This document shows, piece by piece, positions 60,761 through 64,000 of a DNA stretch of 64,000 bases. Each line of letters begins with the position of its first letter. Position 1 is the stretch's first letter. The position numbers were made by a program, and so were the translations under genes. The notes beneath the pieces were generated by a model. That model did not search any database, was not told where the DNA came from, and saw nothing but the letters and a program-made list of their open reading frames with translations. This DNA is from Trichosphaerium sp. ATCC 40318. Its lineage: Eukaryota; Protista; Tubulinea. Location: positions 124,001-188,000 of the forward strand of contig JALMLS010000149.1 in the NCBI GenBank assembly GCA_038496445.1, in the 5' to 3' direction.

Positions 60761-62459
60761 ATGTCTGCTGCTGTAGTATGCCTTGGATTGTTAGTGGTAC
60801 CTGCCCTTATACTGTTTCAGTTCTCTATGCATGAAGTAACAGAAGGGTGAGTCAGCAATGAATGACAAATCATTTAACGTATTTTAATATTAATCACTAG
60901 CCATGTTGGCGTTTACTATCGTGGTGGAGCTCTTCTAAAGCGTGTTACAACGCCAGGCTACCATTTTAAGTTGCCTTTTATTGATAGAGTTGGTACGCGC
61001 TTATTTGTTACCTCTATGTAACGTTTACGCCATCGCTAACCGTTATTAAAGAAAACGTTCAAATTACGTTACAAACAGATAAAGTTACCGATATTCCGTG
61101 CGGTACATCTGGTATGTACCTTATAGTAGAGTCTGAGTACTAACGCTTACCTAGGTGGTGTGTTGATATGGATTTCGCACGTTGAGGTGGTAAACCGACT
61201 ACGACAGTCCTTGGTACGTTTTTTAGTTGGAAATGACAAAACGATGAAAAGTTTTTTGTACGAGATACTTATTTTTGGTAGGTGTATGATACAATCAAGA
61301 ATTACACTGTAAACTATGATAAGATATGGATTTTTGATAAAATACACCACGAGATTAACCAGTTCTGTTCTGCTCATACGTTACATGAAGTATATATCGA
61401 CTTGTTTCACACTGTAGATGAGATGCTAGTTAATGCCTTACAGAGAGGTAAACAATTTTTTCCAGAGTCTTGAGTTTTTAGTCTCCTAAAATAAGGGGTG
61501 CCTCCATCTTGACTTTGTTGTTCATTTAAATGATAAGAATTAACAATTTTTGAGTGGCGCTGGAAACTGGGCATTTACATTTTGTTGTTGTCTCTGTATT
61601 AAAACTTTGCTTATTTTTTTATCAACTTACCTTGTTGTAGATTGTAATAAGTATGCACCTGGTATAGAAATTATTGCGATACGTATTACTAAACCTAAGA
61701 TCCCTCACGCTATTGCACGCAACGTACGATTTTTTTTCAAAATGTTTGACGTTTTGTTTGCAATGAAGAAAAAAACCGTTAACTGACTTGTTTTTCCTTT
61801 GAATCCAGTACGAATTGATGGAAGCCGAGAAAACAAAACTTCTTATAGCAACAGAAGCACAAAAAGTACTTGAGAAAGGTATGGTTATCGTACAACATAT
61901 TTTTTTGGTGTAATTGGTGATTTACTTGAATTAGAGGCCGAAACGGATAGGCGCGTATCTACAATAGAAGCAGAGAAGGTTGCAGGTATTTCCAAGATTC
62001 GTATGGAACAACAAATTGCCGAAAAAGCAGCAAGACAAAAGATGGCTAAAATTGAAGATGAGACATACCTACATAAAGAACAGACCCGCGCAGACGCTGA
62101 ATTGTACGTTATTTCGAACAAAAATATGAACAAGAAAATATTTGTGTTCTTTTTTTAGCCAAAATTGTAGTTTCTTTTTACTAACTTTATCTACTAGCTA
62201 CTTTGATTCTAAGAGATCTGAGGCTAATAAAAAGATACTCACACCTGAGTACTTAATGTTAGAAGCAATTAAAGGGCTAAGTAATAACACAAAAGTTTAT
62301 TTTGGCAAATCCGTTGGACAGGTAATTTTAAACTCCTCATTGTGTATCCCTGCTGTATTAATACGCGATTAGATGTACCTCGACTTTTTTGAGGAGTTAA
62401 AGAAATCAATGACCTCAATTGGACCATTTGGCGGTGTAACAACGAAGAAGCAAGGTTAA
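60761..62459 (+). CDS. ERLIN2: Erlin (ER SPFH/band-7 protein)
   Basis: [81 protein letters not shown]. Confidence 0.95.
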
Positions 62460-62869
62460 ACAAGGCAACCTGGCCAGAAGGGAAAGAACCAAAATTACGA
62501 ATAACAAATTATGTAAACGTCATTTTCCGTCTATGCAGTTATAATAAACTAACCCTTTCGGATTTTATTGATTGGATGGCTTACAATTCAGATTTGAGAT
62601 GATGTTTGGTTTTACGGTTTTTTTATTTTAGTACTCGTGTCAAGTGAAATCCCGCTGTTTTATCGTTTGAGGAGTAGCGTATTAATCACAAGAAGCGTAA
62701 GAGCCGAAAAGAGAAGTTATTCTCAGCCTTTTTTAATAGTGAAATTTGTCATTTCGGCGTTTATATCGCTTGTTAATGTAGTATATATAACATAGAAGAG
62801 TATGTGAATAGATTTTATGTATTTACTACAAGTACAGGAGGGCTATTTACAATGCGGGGTTTAAAAAAA

Positions 62870-64000
62870 AATGTAAGGCCTTACAGCGCAGGCTAGACGC
62901 TTGATATAAATTATATGGGTAATGTTTAGCAAACTTTGCGGGTTTGTAGTGAGTCGTTCGTAAAAACGTCATTGGCAACTAACTGTGTTTGCCATAGCTG
63001 CTTTACCTTGCGTACTCTGTACGGCCAGGACTTTAAAGATCGATACTATCCAAATGTTAGTGAGAAATTGAGTAAAAAGGAAAAACGGTTCTAAATTTGT
63101 TTCTACTGTGTACCTTTTGTATGCCAACAGGGTACTTTACTGTTGAATTCTGTTGTTTCGTCAGTCTTCGCTTCTTGATTGGCAAATAGTTGTCTGGGAT
63201 GTTATTCATGGTGTATTGGATGTTATTTGAGAGATGTGATGTGCTCATTCAGGTGTTAGTTGGCAGTTAAGAGAAAAGTCTGGTAGAAATGAAATAAAAT
63301 GGAAATTAGCGAAAAACTACCCAAATTTCTGTCTTTGGTAAACATACTGCTGACCATTTGAATAAACTAAAGGTCGCTGCTTCTTTATATTTACTTCGTT
63401 TGCGAGCCTTGTTACTTTTGCGGAGTGCTACTATACCAAAAGCATAGAACGTTGCAACACAAAAAAACCTCAGTTTGACAGGAACTTGTGGTTGCAGTGA
63501 ATATTTATTGAAAACGAACATAAAACTAGGAAAGTACTATGCTTAGATTGCACCCCAAGAAGCTTCCAAGTCAGGTTTTTTACCAGAAAATCCAAAGTTA
63601 GTTTAGGGAACAAAGTCTGGTGTAAAACACAACGTTTCTGCTTTAACATTGCTATGTAATGCAGGTTTCGTGCAGTCTGGGCTATGCGTTGAGGTCGCCT
63701 TGATAACATTCCTTCATATCCTTCAATTGTGCATCACATTGCCCGTGGCAGTACCAAAGCGACTTCTTTCCCATCATCAACGCACCCCAGCGGCTCGAGA
63801 ATTTCGGATTGTACAGCTATAGATAGCTATTCGGTTTCTACACGATTACGAGACAATATCAGTTAATTGGTAGTACCGCACCTTGCACAGGGAAGTAGTG
63901 TTTATAATTTTAGACATTCTTCGGTTGAAGAAAAGATGGCTTGAAACTAGAATAAAATGTAGCAGAATTTGCGAATACCCCTTTGTGCATTCGACTGTGA
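62870..64000 (-). CDS. Probable multi-exon gene of unknown function; model unresolved
   Basis: Splice-like junctions and coding-like segments (PIKKRRLTKQQ NLS-like), but no coherent full model. Confidence 0.3.

Noticed and set aside
1-64000. Alternative genetic code to explain the fragmented ORFs
   Set aside because: Short GT/GC-AG introns explain the fragmentation; TAA, TAG and TGA all end conserved genes

Overview
AT-rich, gene-dense, intron-rich eukaryotic nuclear DNA with about 30 spliced protein-coding genes. Introns are mostly 37-90 nt with GTACG-type donors, and many gene pairs are head-to-head with ATGs only 100-300 bp apart. Gene content suggests Amoebozoa (inference): a Dictyostelium-type STAT, major vault protein, mitochondrial FtsZ, an ALG14-ALG13 fusion and Fe-SOD. 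No rRNA, tRNA, CRISPR array or transposon was recognised. The most notable items are: (1) a hidden six-exon LSM11 (U7 snRNP) gene that the ORF track only shows as fragments; (2) a protein of about five ~70-aa DWY/GG repeats ending in a PD-(D/E)xK/RAP-like nuclease domain; (3) a strong excess of CACGTG E-boxes, concentrated in long poly(dA:dT) introns; (4) frequent GC-AG introns; (5) a CH-LIM protein with a ~400-aa ER/K single-alpha-helix; (6) a nearly intronless F-box/LRR gene with recent internal duplications. All gene models were spliced by eye, so exon boundaries and some termini are approximate.
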